A DNA stretch of 64,000 nucleotides. Source: Eukaryota sp. GEM-RC1 (lineage: Eukaryota). Made by a program: the position numbers and the translations under genes. The notes under the pieces are model-generated. The model did no database searches and had not been told where the DNA came from. It saw nothing but the letters and a program-made list of their open reading frames with translations. The stretch lies in contig JAUFOQ010000006.1 in assembly GCA_040285855.1 (NCBI GenBank), positions 62,001 through 126,000 of the forward strand. The letters are read 5' to 3'. Positions within the stretch are counted from its first letter, which is position 1. Each line of letters opens with the position of its first letter. This document shows, piece after piece, positions 38,628-51,800 of the stretch.

Positions 38628-39084
38628 TGAGTGTGTGAAGTGGTGATGTTTAAGATGCAGATTGTGCAGGGAAACTTTCCTTTCATTATAACTTATATAT
38701 CTACCTTCACTGTATGGACAATGCTGGTCGTACACAAGTCTTAGCAGCTTATTCTACCATCATCAACTTTCTATCGTCTCGTATGTCAAATTATATGTCT
38801 TTGTAAAATGTGATGTTGGTGTTGGGATCGATCTTGATGAAATAGAGCAATGTATCGTGTCATTGGACTACTTTCGAGCACTTCAACACATATCCGAGTC
38901 TTTTAAAGTCACCCCCTTGATCTTACAAATCAAACATGAGATCTCTCTCCTAGCACTCGTTGATGCCATTCTATCTGAAGACAAGGTACCTTCTGCTTCT
39001 GTTTCACTAAATCCAAGGTAATTTCTCCTCCTCCCTGCATAGCTGATGTTCCTCGTAGAAGTGGAACACACCGATCTGTGTTCT

Positions 39085-39888
39085 CTATATGTCGACTGTA
39101 ATCTCCTCATTGCTATATGTTATAAAATAAAACTGTTCTTTATACTTAAGCAATGAATCAATGAAACTCACAAACTCCTTGTCACAATCTGCATCACATT
39201 CACAAATCTCATTCACATCAAACAAGTTGAACAACGAAGACACCCTTTTAACAACAACGGACATTTCAATAAACTCCTCATCTTGACTGTTCTCACACAT
39301 AAGAATTATATCTGTCAATGGTTCAGAACATCCTGTAAACTCTTGGAATACTTCAGTAAGTAACAATTCCCTACATTCATCAACATTCAAGGACAGTAGC
39401 AAAACTGTCAATACTTTAACTAGACACTGCCGATCACTAATACTCCAAAGAAATTCGGAAATATCATTGAGAAACAATATTCTTGCACACTTTGTGATCA
39501 ACAACGTGTTATACATTGCTTGTAAAGAATTTGCAAGTACAAATAACAGGACAGAAAAACAATTTAGCATTCCCTCAACATCTACACTACTACTACAACA
39601 ACAAACAATTTTGAATACCACGTTCCACAATGGAATCGACGGCATTGTCTTACATTTCGCTAGTATATGTGAGCAGATTGAAAGTAAAGGAGATAAAGAA
39701 GTTAAGTCATCTTCAGGATTTGGATGAAAGCTCATACGATGTATGTGAGACAAAAGTGATGTCAATTTGTCAAGAGAGTTAAGTTCTCCTATGGCCATGC
39801 ATTTGATACACCCACATGCTTGTATTTGTTGAATGAGATATGTTTCAAAGAATGTTGCCAAACAATCTTGTAAGATATTGTTGGTCAT
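39085..39888 (-). CDS. Hypothetical helical protein with Cys clusters (element cargo)
   Basis: 267-aa ORF with CGCIKC and CECDADC. No family recognised. Confidence 0.55.
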   Translation of the reverse strand: MTNNILQDCLATFFETYLIQQIQACGCIKCMAIGELNSLDKLTSLLSHIHRMSFHPNPEDDLTSLSPLLSICSHILAKCKTMPSIPLWNVVFKIVCCCSSSVDVEGMLNCFSVLLFVLANSLQAMYNTLLITKCARILFLNDISEFLWSISDRQCLVKVLTVLLLSLNVDECRELLLTEVFQEFTGCSEPLTDIILMCENSQDEEFIEMSVVVKRVSSLFNLFDVNEICECDADCDKEFVSFIDSLLKYKEQFYFITYSNEEITVDI

Positions 39889-39930
39889 TGAATTGATAGT
39901 GAAGGAAAATATTTTTCCGGCAAAAATCCA

Positions 39931-41081
39931 ATGTCAGTTGTATGTCTTTATTCACTCTCATATCAGTCTTCAGATGATGCTACGTCTATGTCTGTCAATT
40001 ATAACAAGAAACGACGCTCTAACGCTTTCCGAAGAAAGAATATGAACAAGCACCAGGATGTCTATAACGTCTTTAGTTATACATCGACAAAGGTGGATGG
40101 TAAAAGTGTTCAGCTCGGTCCCAATGGGGATTATATTCTAATTTCACGACCTCGTGATAATTCAACAGATGGACTTTCTATAAGTACCAACAATGATGAA
40201 TTCCTCTCAGACTTGGTACAGTCTAAGGAAGACTTTTTGAGAATATTGTTCACTTTATTAATTCTAGAACTCAGTATTTAGCTTCCCAAGGCGCAAAAGT
40301 ACCAGACATTTCTTCACGTTTTAAGAAAGTGTATGGTATGAATGCTGAAGAAAACGAAGATCTTTCTGAGTTTTATTCGATTGCTCCTAATAGAACTCAT
40401 ATTGTTAAGAAAAAGAACAAGCACCTTAAAGAAGCTAAAGTTGTGAGCAAAGAAGCCACAACTCCAGAACCTCTCACAAAGTCCTCTCGTAACTCTCCCG
40501 TTGAATCCGCTCCTTCTAATCCTACTGAAAACAATGAAATTCAATCCTCCCTAGGATCACTTGTTTCCAAGACTTTGGGACATCAGTGTGGAAAGGAAAA
40601 GCCTATCTCAGGCAGCGATAAGAGAAAGAAGTTAGAGATAAAGAAGTTAAATGTAGGACCTGTTTTGCAGAAACAACTGGCAAGTAGAACAAAATAAAGA
40701 AGATGTTGTTTATTGAATGAGATAAGTGTGCATGGTCTAGTATAGGACTCCGAAGATGTGAAGTGAAGTCTAAGGTCTAGGTTCACTTTTCTTTCATACA
40801 TGAATCCACTGATCTAATTCTAGATAACTGAACCTCAACCTAAGAAGATTGTTGACGTTGACAGCGTTGTCAAGACTGGTCATGAGGCAGTGACTACTCT
40901 TTTAGCAAACTCTAAGCATTCACTTGACGAGAAGGAACTTGAACTCATCTTTAGTGCAGTTGCTTCCGCCCTTCGTGAAACCACCACCCCAGTAATTGAA
41001 AGAGCTATTCGAATTGCTGGTGATACTACTCGTGATACTGCTAGCCTCATACACCATATGCGATTTAAAACTCATCTTTAG
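39931..41081 (+). CDS. Hypothetical element gene, fragmented
   Basis: ORFs 39931-40281 and 40329-40697 link by one shift at a T-run (~40236: DFFENIVHF...KKVYGM). The link to 40890-41081 is unclear. Confidence 0.45.
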
Positions 41082-41201
41082 TGCAGTTGCTTCCGCCCTT
41101 CGTGAAACCACCACCCCACCCCAGTAATTGAAAGAGCTATTCGAATTGCTGGTGATACTACTCGTGATACTGCTAGCCTCATACACCATATGCGATTTAA
41201 A
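40942..41201 (+). repeat. Tandem duplication, 127-bp period, 2 copies
   Basis: AACTCATCTTTAGTGCAG...GCGATTTAAA at 40942 and 41069. The second copy has a 5-nt insertion. Confidence 0.92.
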
Positions 41202-41754
41202 TTTGTTTTTATAGATCATTATTGTAGTTTTCTTTGTTTAGATATCAATAAAGCATCCCGTTCTTCTTTTGTTTCAAGTCTCTTCCTTGTTAACACGAAA
41301 TCAACATATACGTTCTAGTTCAATGCATTGTCAATGTTGTGATACACAAGAGCATTGAAAATAACATTGTTGATGTATTAATTAATGAATGATGTCAAGT
41401 AAGTAAGTACAAAAATGTTGTATTTGAAGTGTAGGAGATATCCGAAGACAGAAAAGATGTCTGCTATCTGTAGACAAACAAGACAAGACTCCAAAAATGA
41501 ATACTGCAATTTCACTTTTCTTCTCTCTTGACATGCGTATGATCCTCCATCTTTCTAACTATAGACATTGTGATGATGCCAAAAGTAAGTTTTGGTCACG
41601 ATATGTGCTTGCTGCCACGTATATCTATGAGAAGTGACCTCTTTACATAGATGGCAATTCCGCTCTTCTTGTCAATTTGTCTCCTGCACTCGACAATTGG
41701 GCAAGATGAGTTGGGTTGTCATCTGGTGTATCGTGGTTGCACTCATTGCTTTGC

Positions 41755-43600
41755 TTTGCGTCCACATCCGCCATTTCTCAATTCCGCCATCCAGATACTG
41801 TTTCCATTGCACGGTCACGGGATTTGGATGGTGGGTTGAAGGAATGTGTTGTTCCGTGGTTTTCTCTTTATACACTTCTTCTGTGATGATGCTCCTTCAG
41901 TTATCTCCTCTGCTGAAAACACTGGATTTCTGACTGATTCTTGCTGAATGCCTCTTGCATTGTATGTTTCGTAGATCCGCTTGAAGATTGTCCTCTGAGA
42001 AGTATGGTTGTCTTGTGATTTGTCTTGGCCATACTGTATAACTTTCTTCGTTCCATCGTGATTGAGCCATTGTTAACAATCAAACAGATCGCTGAAAATC
42101 CTGAATTTTTAATCAGTAATCGTGCATCGGCCATACTGTATAACTTTCTTCATTCCCTCCGTTTCATTTCTCTCTGCTCTTCTTCTCAAAGTCATAATGG
42201 GAACATCTTGAGCAATAGCTTGGTGGTATATCTTCGTTCCTCTATACAATTCAGAAGTAGAGTAGATCAACAGATGTAAATGGTCTTTATGTCATATACA
42301 TCACCTCTTCAAATCCTGCCACCCCCGCTTCTTTGGGAACAAAATTCGTTGGTGAAAAACAGAAAATGTGACTTTCAATATCAATTAAGTTGGGGGAGAT
42401 ATCCAGATCAATCACTGTCCTGTTAATAGACAGAATTTTGCATAAAGTAATAAGGCCTTTCATACTGGGACTTCTCAATCCAAGACTGCGGGAGAAATCA
42501 ACTCCATTACCATTCAAATGAAAAAAAAATCTCTCTTTAATGTCTTTCTGTTTCCAGGCAATGGAATACTTAGTCTCATTGTCATGTTTGGCGTCCAATC
42601 ATAATCATTACACGATGTTGTTAGATCATTACCTTCAATGGAAACGACCTGCCCGCTATGTTTACAGTTTCCCAAGCACATAGTTCTACCAGCCACAAAA
42701 CTCTCCGATTTTATCAATGATTTATGTGATAGTGATTTGCAAGAAAGAAAAAACGTGTATAAAATTGTAAAACACACGTTCAAAACAATGGAATGATGTC
42801 ATGAGTTCTGAGAATAACAGTGGAGAATGTCGTTCATTCGTTGCTCTCGTACAACTTTTCTGTCTTTTTACGATTTGTTTATCTAAATTAGTTTTTTTGA
42901 AAAAACTAGAGCGATATTTAAATGAACTAAGATCTTAATTTCACGTTTCGTGGATATGGAAGATTCTAATGTATGTTTCCTTTGCTAAAACAACTCTCAA
43001 CTATTGAAGAATCCGAATTTGTTAGTTCACTACTGTCAACCCTGTCACCTCAACTGAACCCGAAACCCTGCAATGGAGTCTATCTTAAACAGGGTATCTT
43101 AAACAACAATTAAAAAACGATAAGGAAGGCTTTTCAACGAGGTTTTCGAAACTTTTCTTAGTTGATTTAGCTGGATCTGAACGTGTTGGTGATGCAGGAA
43201 CGTCAGGGATTGGCTTGGTGATCCCTAATACTATAAGAAACCCTGCAATGGAGTCAGTCTCGAGTTGAGTTAGATAAGGATAGGGAGGCTGTATCATCAA
43301 AGCTACGGCAGTGGAGGTTGAAAATCTACTGTTTATCAACAAGTGCAGTTGTATTTGAGTTACAAAAAGTTTTAATTACAACTGATTCAGTTCCAAAAAC
43401 TTTCAAGGCTTGTTTCTATGAAGAGAAATTTTTTAGACGTAGACGCCTTACACAGTATTCAAGAAAAGAACGAAGTGAACAAAACTTGGTCCACAGATTT
43501 GCTCTCCAATAAGGTGATCCAGATTTTCACATGAATCAAAAACTTGCCATTGGAACGTTGAATATAGACAACGACGTTGTCGAAACTCTTCATACAGAAT
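41755..43600. other. Patchwork of short fragments copied from the element's own genes and from host genes
   Basis: At least 12 segments match other parts of the element, plus an LRR-gene fragment and a kinesin LVDLAGSER fragment (see findings). Confidence 0.88.
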
Positions 43601-44004
43601 GTTTTTGATTTAAACTTTTCGTTACTAAAAAATTGTTTTAGTATCTTCAAGTAAATCTGTAGTTCTCATCATGAAAAGAACCAGTCACAAGATAATTAAT
43701 AAAGTTAAGGCTCATTGTTCTGGGCCATCCTTTGTTTGTACTGAACAGAATCACAATGAAGGTCAACAATGTGTAAAGAAATGGCGACTTCCACGAATTA
43801 AGTGTCAGGACCTGTTTGCAAATTCTTGAACAATAGATGGTTAGGACAATACAAATTGTACATTAATCCACGTGAATGACAAATTCAACACAATGAATAA
43901 ACCCTTGTTTGTCTACTGTCGTATTGTATTGATTGAAAGTCAAAAATGGAATTTTTGTTAGACTATGACTTACTTTAGACATAAATTTTCCTCTCTGTAC
44001 AAAC

Positions 44005-45703
44005 ATGTCAACATCATTCCGTGTCCGCCAACGTTTTCCCAAACAACAGATGCAACTAGACTTCGTAAATGACATTCCTGCGGAAGTTACAGATGTTGAA
44101 ATAATCATCGTCCAAGACACTGCGGGCGACTTCTTCATTGTCGTAGTGTATAATGGACATATTCAATACCATTTAAATCTCGTTCTTGTAACATCAGACG
44201 TTGCACAAACAAAGTTCCTTTTCAGCTTAACATCGTCCTCTAATCTTCGTGCAATCACTCCCCTTGAAGATACACAGTGTATTAGCGACGTGATATCTTT
44301 CATCGTAAAAACCACCCTCTCATCTCATAACCTGATTGTATCCCCTTCTTCTCTTTCCAGTTTGACTAAAACAGTTAACGAGGCTCTTGCTATTCCTGTT
44401 AAAACTACTACTCCTTCAATTTCTACTTCATCTGATTGTTGTTATGTCTATTCAGTTATCCATTTTATTATACGTCACATTGAACGTTTCTTCGAACTCA
44501 ATGTAAATCATTTCAAAGAACTAGATTTTGATACTCCTGCTACTCCTCTCTTCAATTGTTTTTATTCGAAAGATATTGAAGGTGTTCGTGCGCAAATCGC
44601 TGACATTTATCCTGTTTTTGCGGCGGGTCAACACGATCCTTTCAATTTCCTTGCCAAACTTTTAAAAACACTTGACAAGGAATTCCGCACCACCTTGCCA
44701 TCTTCATCAAATGATGAATTACACTCTTTGTCAAAAATTTGAACCACAGTCTGAATCAGAAGAAACTGATACTACAGACTTCCAATATTATGGATATGAT
44801 TTAGATGAGAAACCATCACCAAAAAAAGTTCAGACTCAGTTAGATGTCAAATCATCACTTCAGCAAGATTTAGATCAATTGTTGATAACTCAAAAATTAA
44901 AGCATTCTTGTGCTGTTAATGCATTTTGTTTCTGTATTAAAACAACAACAAAATGTTCTTGGTGTGGGACTGATCCAACATCTAAAATTCACTTCGCCTT
45001 GGAAATTAACAAGGAAAGTATCCAAAGGCGGTATCCTTCTAGACCAACCGATCTCGAATCATTGTTGCAAGCTCATCTACCTTTTCGAAAAGAAATAATT
45101 TGTGCTACTTGTCCTGAACAAAAATCAGAAATTACTGAAACTTTTGCTTCTCTTCCAAAAGCTCTTATCATTAGACTGACTGGACATCCTCAACCAGTTA
45201 TTATTTCTTCAAATCTATCACTCTATCTATTCCTGTCTTCTGAAGCACAATTGGGTTCAGAATCGATTGAGTTTTCCCCTACCAATGAAATCAACTCACA
45301 ACTGCCACTTAAGGACATTTACACATTGTCTCATTATCCAACATCAGAAGAATTGTCTGTCTTTGACATTTCTAATGAAAATGAAAGAAAGTGTGGGAGT
45401 CAGCATTTTGTTAGAGGTAGTGATTGGGAAAGAAGTACCAGTCGAACCTCAACCGCCAAAGTGTCAACCAAGACCAAAAGTAGTGTTGAAGAAAAATACA
45501 CATACAGACTGCTGTCTGCGATCTGTCATTACGATTCCCTTGCTGACGGTCACTGTGTGACATATGCAAAGGAAAAAGAAGGTTCTTGGTGGTTACATGA
45601 TACCAATAGTGATTGCAAGAAAGGTGTAGACGAACAGACAGTATTAACTGAGATTTCTTTAAATGGCTATGTTTTACTTTATCAACATCAATATTTAGAA
45701 TAA
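44005..45703 (+). CDS. USP-family (peptidase C19) deubiquitinase-like protein, frameshift near 44735
   Basis: Cys box-like SDCCYVYSVIHFI, GQHDPFNFLAKLL, CSWC...CATC, SLPKALIIRL, His box YRLLSAICHYDSLADGHCVTYAK..WWLHD, GYVLLYQ. Confidence 0.85.
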
Positions 45704-45853
45704 ACGCATAGTAATAAATTGTTCTACATGTATCTAAGAGAAAATAAAAGTGTACACAAAGCGATCCTTGTAAATGTAGTTGTGAAGACATGAGAATTCC
45801 TTGTTCTATCAGTACAGTATAGTTGTTTACAGCTCCATAATTTTCCCACTCCA

Positions 45854-48800
45854 ATGACTTCTATTATACTGCTAACACCCCTCGCCTCGTCCACATCCGC
45901 CATTGCTTCATCACATCACCCAAACACTGTTTCCATAGCACGGTCACGGGATATGGATGGTGGGTTGAAGAAATGTGTGGATACGTGCTTCCCGATGTCG
46001 TTTCCGCTTATTCTGTGCTCTATCCTCTCGTCCACATCCGCCATTGCTTCATCACATCACCCAAACACTGTTTCCATAGCACGGTCACGGGATATGGATG
46101 GTGGGTTGAAGAAATGTGTGGATACGTGCTTCCCGATGTCGTCTCCGCTTATTCTGTGCTCTATCCTCTCGTCCACATCTGCCATTGCTTCATCACATCA
46201 CCCAAACACTGTTTCCATAGCACGGTCACGGGATATGGATGGTGGGTTGAAGAAATGTGTGGATACGTGCTTCCCGATGTCGTCTCCGCTTATTCTGTGC
46301 TCTATCCTCTCGTCCACATCTGCCATTGCTTCATCACATCACCCAAACACTGTTTCCATAGCACGGTCACGGGATATGGATGGTGGGTTGAAGAAATGTG
46401 TGGATACGTGCTTCCCGATGTCGTCTCCGCTTATTCTGTGCTCTATCCTCTCGTCCACATCATGGAAACGTGATCTCTCTATCGATGGAGACGTTGAGCA
46501 GAATCCAGGTCCCCATGATCGTTTACCATCCCCAGAAGTAAAGAGACCCAGAAGAACTTCTGTGTCACCATCGCCTCCTCCATCTCTGCCAGAACCGCCA
46601 ACTGAAGAAACTCTAACAGAAGAACCGCCAACAGAAGAAACTCAGCTAAAACAAAAGAAACATAATCAAAGAACTAAATACCACATGGGCATATTGCATC
46701 GTTACTGCCGTATTCCACATGAAACTTTTGCCCATCCAGTGCTAAGATCTGGAAGAACACCTGGTTTCCAAGTTTGTTCATGTATGAATCATGTTTTTAT
46801 AGATGAATCCGAAAACTTAACTGATCTCGCTCCAGATGTCATTCCCAATCCAGACAATGAATCACGACGCTCGTTCCTGGCCCAAATTATGCAAGAGTGT
46901 TGCAAACCTGGTGACACGCCAAGTAATTGGAGAATTGAAAATTACATCATGGCCAAACACTATGAATCGGAGTTGATTGAATGTCAACAAGATGCTAATC
47001 ATTACTTGCTCAGTTATGATGGAGCGTTGGAATCCCTCCATAAATATTGGTGTCAATTGTGTGACCCTAATCGAGAATCTACTGTGAGTTTACCGATTAT
47101 GCCTCTTGGATTCAAATATGAGATGCCTCCCCATTGTCCTCAAAAACAACCTTCTTTTCGTGAATCGTTTTGCCTTTTTATTGCTCCATGTCTCTTCTGC
47201 CTTCTTCCTGGTCACAGTTATAATGATTGTCCCTTCCAAACTTTTAGACTTAGTGATGTTTCATTAAGTATCACATCCTTGTATCAAAATATCAACCCTA
47301 AAGTTTTGGTACGTCCTGAGGTTATGCTGGACATTTTATTAACAATGCTCCATCTGCAATTTGTTGTGGATGAGAAGAAACTCAACCTTCAAGTGTATGA
47401 TCGTACGAATAATCATTTTACTTTGGAAATGTTCAAAGAAAACCAAAAAGTGATTGAAAAGTTTGCAAAGTCAAAAGCTGGTTATAAACTCAAAATGTTA
47501 ATCTTTGATATTGCTCATGTTATTGAATTAATTGAAAAGAAGCCCCCAAAAAACCTGATGTTGATGTCAAAGATTCTGATTTTGAACATACTGACGATCC
47601 TACAGACGATCCTTTAAATGATGACGAATTTGATGATCTATATAATCAAACTTCTCTTAGTATTATGTGGGATGATTTTAATAATATCAGAGATTCGTCA
47701 TACACTTCTCAATTACTTTCAAGATTTTTTAACTTTTGTCATTTTCTCGAGCACTATACTTTTGTGGATACAGATGAAGAAAGCCGCATTGTCGAAATTA
47801 AAGACCCTGAAACTAAACAAGTTGTAGAACGGAAAGAAGTTTACCGACATCAGTTTACTGTATATCAAGATTTTTTCGAAAACAAAATTGAAACTATGAG
47901 TATGCTCATGTTCCAACTGTCATTTTGTGCCCATTACCATTCAAATGAAAAAAAAGATCTCTCTTTAATGTCTTTCTGTTTCCAGGCAATGGAATACTTA
48001 GTCTCATTGTCATGTTTGGCGCCCAATCATAGTTATTACAAGATGTTGTTAGATCATTACCTTCAATGGAAACGACCTCCCCGCTATGTTCACAGTTTCC
48101 CAAGCACTGCAACTGTGGCTTCACCAGAGGAACCAACGTCGGAATTTACATCAATTGATTTTCCTAAAGTATGCTCTAAATTAGCACATTTGAAATCTTA
48201 TGTCCGCGAAAGTGATTTACTAACACAAATTCTTGAAATTTTGACAATAAATGAACAGTGGAATCATACTGTTGACAGTAATGACGCCTACTTCCACTTG
48301 GTGTTTTCTTGCTTTCAGTTGATTTCAAAAGCACGTAACTGCCGTATTGCATTTGTTAATGAAGGAAAAGACACTTTTTATCAATTGTTTCGTGTTGTTG
48401 GTCAAAATCATGTCAAAGACAACAATATTATTCCGTTTATTGTTTCTGGTCAAACAGGTTCCGGGAAATCTGTCTTAACTGGTGTTGTTGTGGTCATGGT
48501 TACTTTGAAACCAATCATTGTGTGTCAACCTAGAGTTCTACCAGCCACAAAACTCTCCAATTTTATCAATGATTTATGTGATAGTGATTTTCCTCTGTCT
48601 GGATACCGAACAGGCAACAAGAATACGAACATTCCAGTACATTCACCAAGATTTATCGAAGTTCAAACCGCTGCCTTCACTTCTAAATTTCTGACAAACA
48701 ATAGCAATCTGTCTCGATTTGCAACTATCATGGTGGATGAAGTTCATGAAAGAAAATGTGACATTGACATTTTATTAGCACAAATGAGAATAATTTCCCA

Positions 48801-51800
48801 AACTGATTCAAAATTGAGAGTGGTAATCTGTTCGGCAACTATGGACAAACCTAATCCTTGTTTTAATTACCTTACACAAGGAAATTATTTAGATAACGAA
48901 CCCTCCTATACTATCCATGCAGCTGGAAGAACCAATCCACTGATTGTCCTTGATGTGAATCTTGTTCGTCAAAATGAATTTCATTATAGTCCCTTAATAT
49001 CAAAACTTGTGATAACTCCGATTTTTGAACCTACACTTCAACAGGTTTTCAATGATCATTTTATTGATATTTACACTTATTTTGTCTTAAATGTGAACTT
49101 ATACTACGACTATTTCACTCAAAACTGTAATCCTCTTTCATATAAAAGTATCAATTTCAGAGCGTTAGCCCGACTATGTCTCTGTTATTACTCCCTGTCT
49201 CAGAAACTTTTCCGGTATGAACCAGAATGTACAGGATTTACTTTGCTCGTGTTTCTTCCTGGAAGTCCAGAAATTACAACTCTCAGTAATATTATTGAGA
49301 ATGAGTATGAGAGTCAGAAAAAAGTGGATCTGGTGGTCTATACATCCCAGCTTCTTCTGAGAAGCCAGGTGTGTATCCGTTGTATTCAAGTCTGGATTCA
49401 GTCCAACAAGATGCAGCTGTGGCTAAACCAGCGAAAAAACAATTTAAAATTGTCATTGCTACCAATATAGCAGAATCTTCCTTGACTATTGATGGGGTCA
49501 AATTTGTCATTGACTGTGGTTTGTCAAAGCAAACTGATGCAGATGACCTTCTCGACACTCATCATTGCTCCATTGCTTCTTTGGACCAGCGCTCTGGTCG
49601 TGCTGGAAGAAATTCTCCTGGACTTTCGTTACGTCTTGTGCAGACAAACTTATATCCGGATGGAACTTCGAGATTGCATTATGATAAACCAGAAATTCTA
49701 ACTTGTTCGTTGATTGAGCCATTGTTAACAATCAAACAGATCGCTGAAAATCCTCAATTTTTAATCAGTAATCGTCCAAATCCCCCTGAATTTTTTTATC
49801 AGTCAACTGCCTGATGTTCCTTCTAGCGACAACATCATGTCTTCGGTTGATGTTCTTTTCCGCACTAATGTTCTTTCAAAAACCAACTAAATTCTCCCCT
49901 TACTTATCTCGGAAAGATTTGCACCAATGCCAATATTTCATTCTACAACTTCAAGTTTTTATTTTTCTGTTTAACAAACAATTACCTGTGTCCTGGATTG
50001 ATTCTTCTTGCGGGTATCAATTCTATGTCGTTCATTCGTTGCTCTCGTACAACTTTTATGTCATTTTACGATTTGTATACCTTTTCACAATCGATTCCTT
50101 TACTCAAACAACTCTCTACTATTGAAGAATCTAAAGTTGTACGTTCAGACATGTTTTTCAAATTATCCTTGGTTCATTACATTTTATGTGGCGAATTTAT
50201 TAAAAATCTGGATATTGTCCCAACACGTGATCAAACCCTTAATGATCAAGCCCTTAAGAATTTATCTAAATTAGTTTTTCTGAAAAACTAGAGCGATATT
50301 TAAATGAACTAAGATCTTTAGTTTCACGTTTCGTGGATATGGAAGATTCTAATACTCATCTCAAAAATCAATTAAATGTATTGGAAGGCATTGCTCTAAA
50401 GCTTGTCAATTTCATATCAAATCCTTCTGAAGTTACACTCAATATGTTTCAAAATGAATCAACAATCTTCTCTTCTCTTTTGAACCTCCAAATTCAACGA
50501 CGTCTCTCTTTCAAGCCATTGTGGCTTCTTATCCCAATAAGTCATTCCATTCAACTGTAGTAGACAATTCATTCTCAGTTAGGTTGAAGTTGGAAGGTTA
50601 TGTCAATGGAGAAAAATTTAACAACTTTATAAAGAAATTGTTTGATGAACAAAATATTGTCAAATCTTCCAAATCTCTAAAAGTTAATGACAGTGGTGAT
50701 GACAGTACTCGTTCAGAGACATTATGTTCAAAAGTTAAAATTACTTCAGATCTAGCTCCAGGTGAAACCCAAAGCACTGTTGTTATGTTGCATTCAGAGA
50801 ATACAACTGAAATTGAAAATCTACTGTTTGTCAACAAGTGCCGTGGAACTCTTGATTCATTAAAAAAAATTTCTCTTACGTTCCATCTTGATTGGCATAG
50901 ATTCATTATCAAATCACGATTCAATTTATCAATGGCATTGAAAGTTGTCAATGACCGAGAATTTTGGAACATGTACAACCAATTGTTACAGTGGGGTAAT
51001 ATCGTACATTTGACTATACCAAGAAATTCTATTAAATTAACTTTCGACATTATGTCAAGTCCTTGTAGTGATTTGACTCAATACACTCGTATTGATAATG
51101 AGTGGTCCAAGGAAGTTAAATGTGCCAAATCACTGTTCCCTGTACCTACAGATCTAGGTTATCATAATGGTATTTCTGTTGGTGATAAGTTTCCACAATT
51201 CTTGTCTCATATTCCTTCTTCATGTCAATACTTGTTCATCGTATGGCAAATGAACTTCAATATCAATTTGGTTTCGGAAATGGCAAAGCCATCTATCAAG
51301 GTTGGTACACCAATGCATTGTCAAGATTCGAGGTTCAAACAATTAATTGCATACAGTAATGAGCTGGATATTCATGGATCTTTTGAGGTAAAACGTGTCT
51401 GGAATGTTTACTGGCCTTATCATGAGTTACCAATCGAATCCACCTTTGGATGTATCAATCGATTACGTATTTTGGTATATTTAACGGAACAAGGTGAGGT
51501 TCCCATAACTGTGTTGAAATCGTGGTATGACAACATTATTATTCTTGATTTCAACTTACTGAAAAGTAACAGTCCACCAGTTACCGTGGATTATGTGAAT
51601 GGAAGGAAACATCATTTCCAGTTACTAAATTTCCAAGTCAATGATGAACAGGACCTGTTGATGTGCTTTGATCCTGCGTGTCCTTTATGTGCATCATCAT
51701 GTACTACACTTAATGAAGTAGTAAATTCTGAAATTACCTTAGCCCAACACAAGGTTGAAGAACCTATGATCCCCGAAAACGCTGACCTTCCTGAACCCAT

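Noticed and set aside
45886..46461. 141-bp (and 126-bp) repeats as guide or CRISPR-like arrays
   Set aside because: Copies are essentially identical end to end, with no variable spacer.
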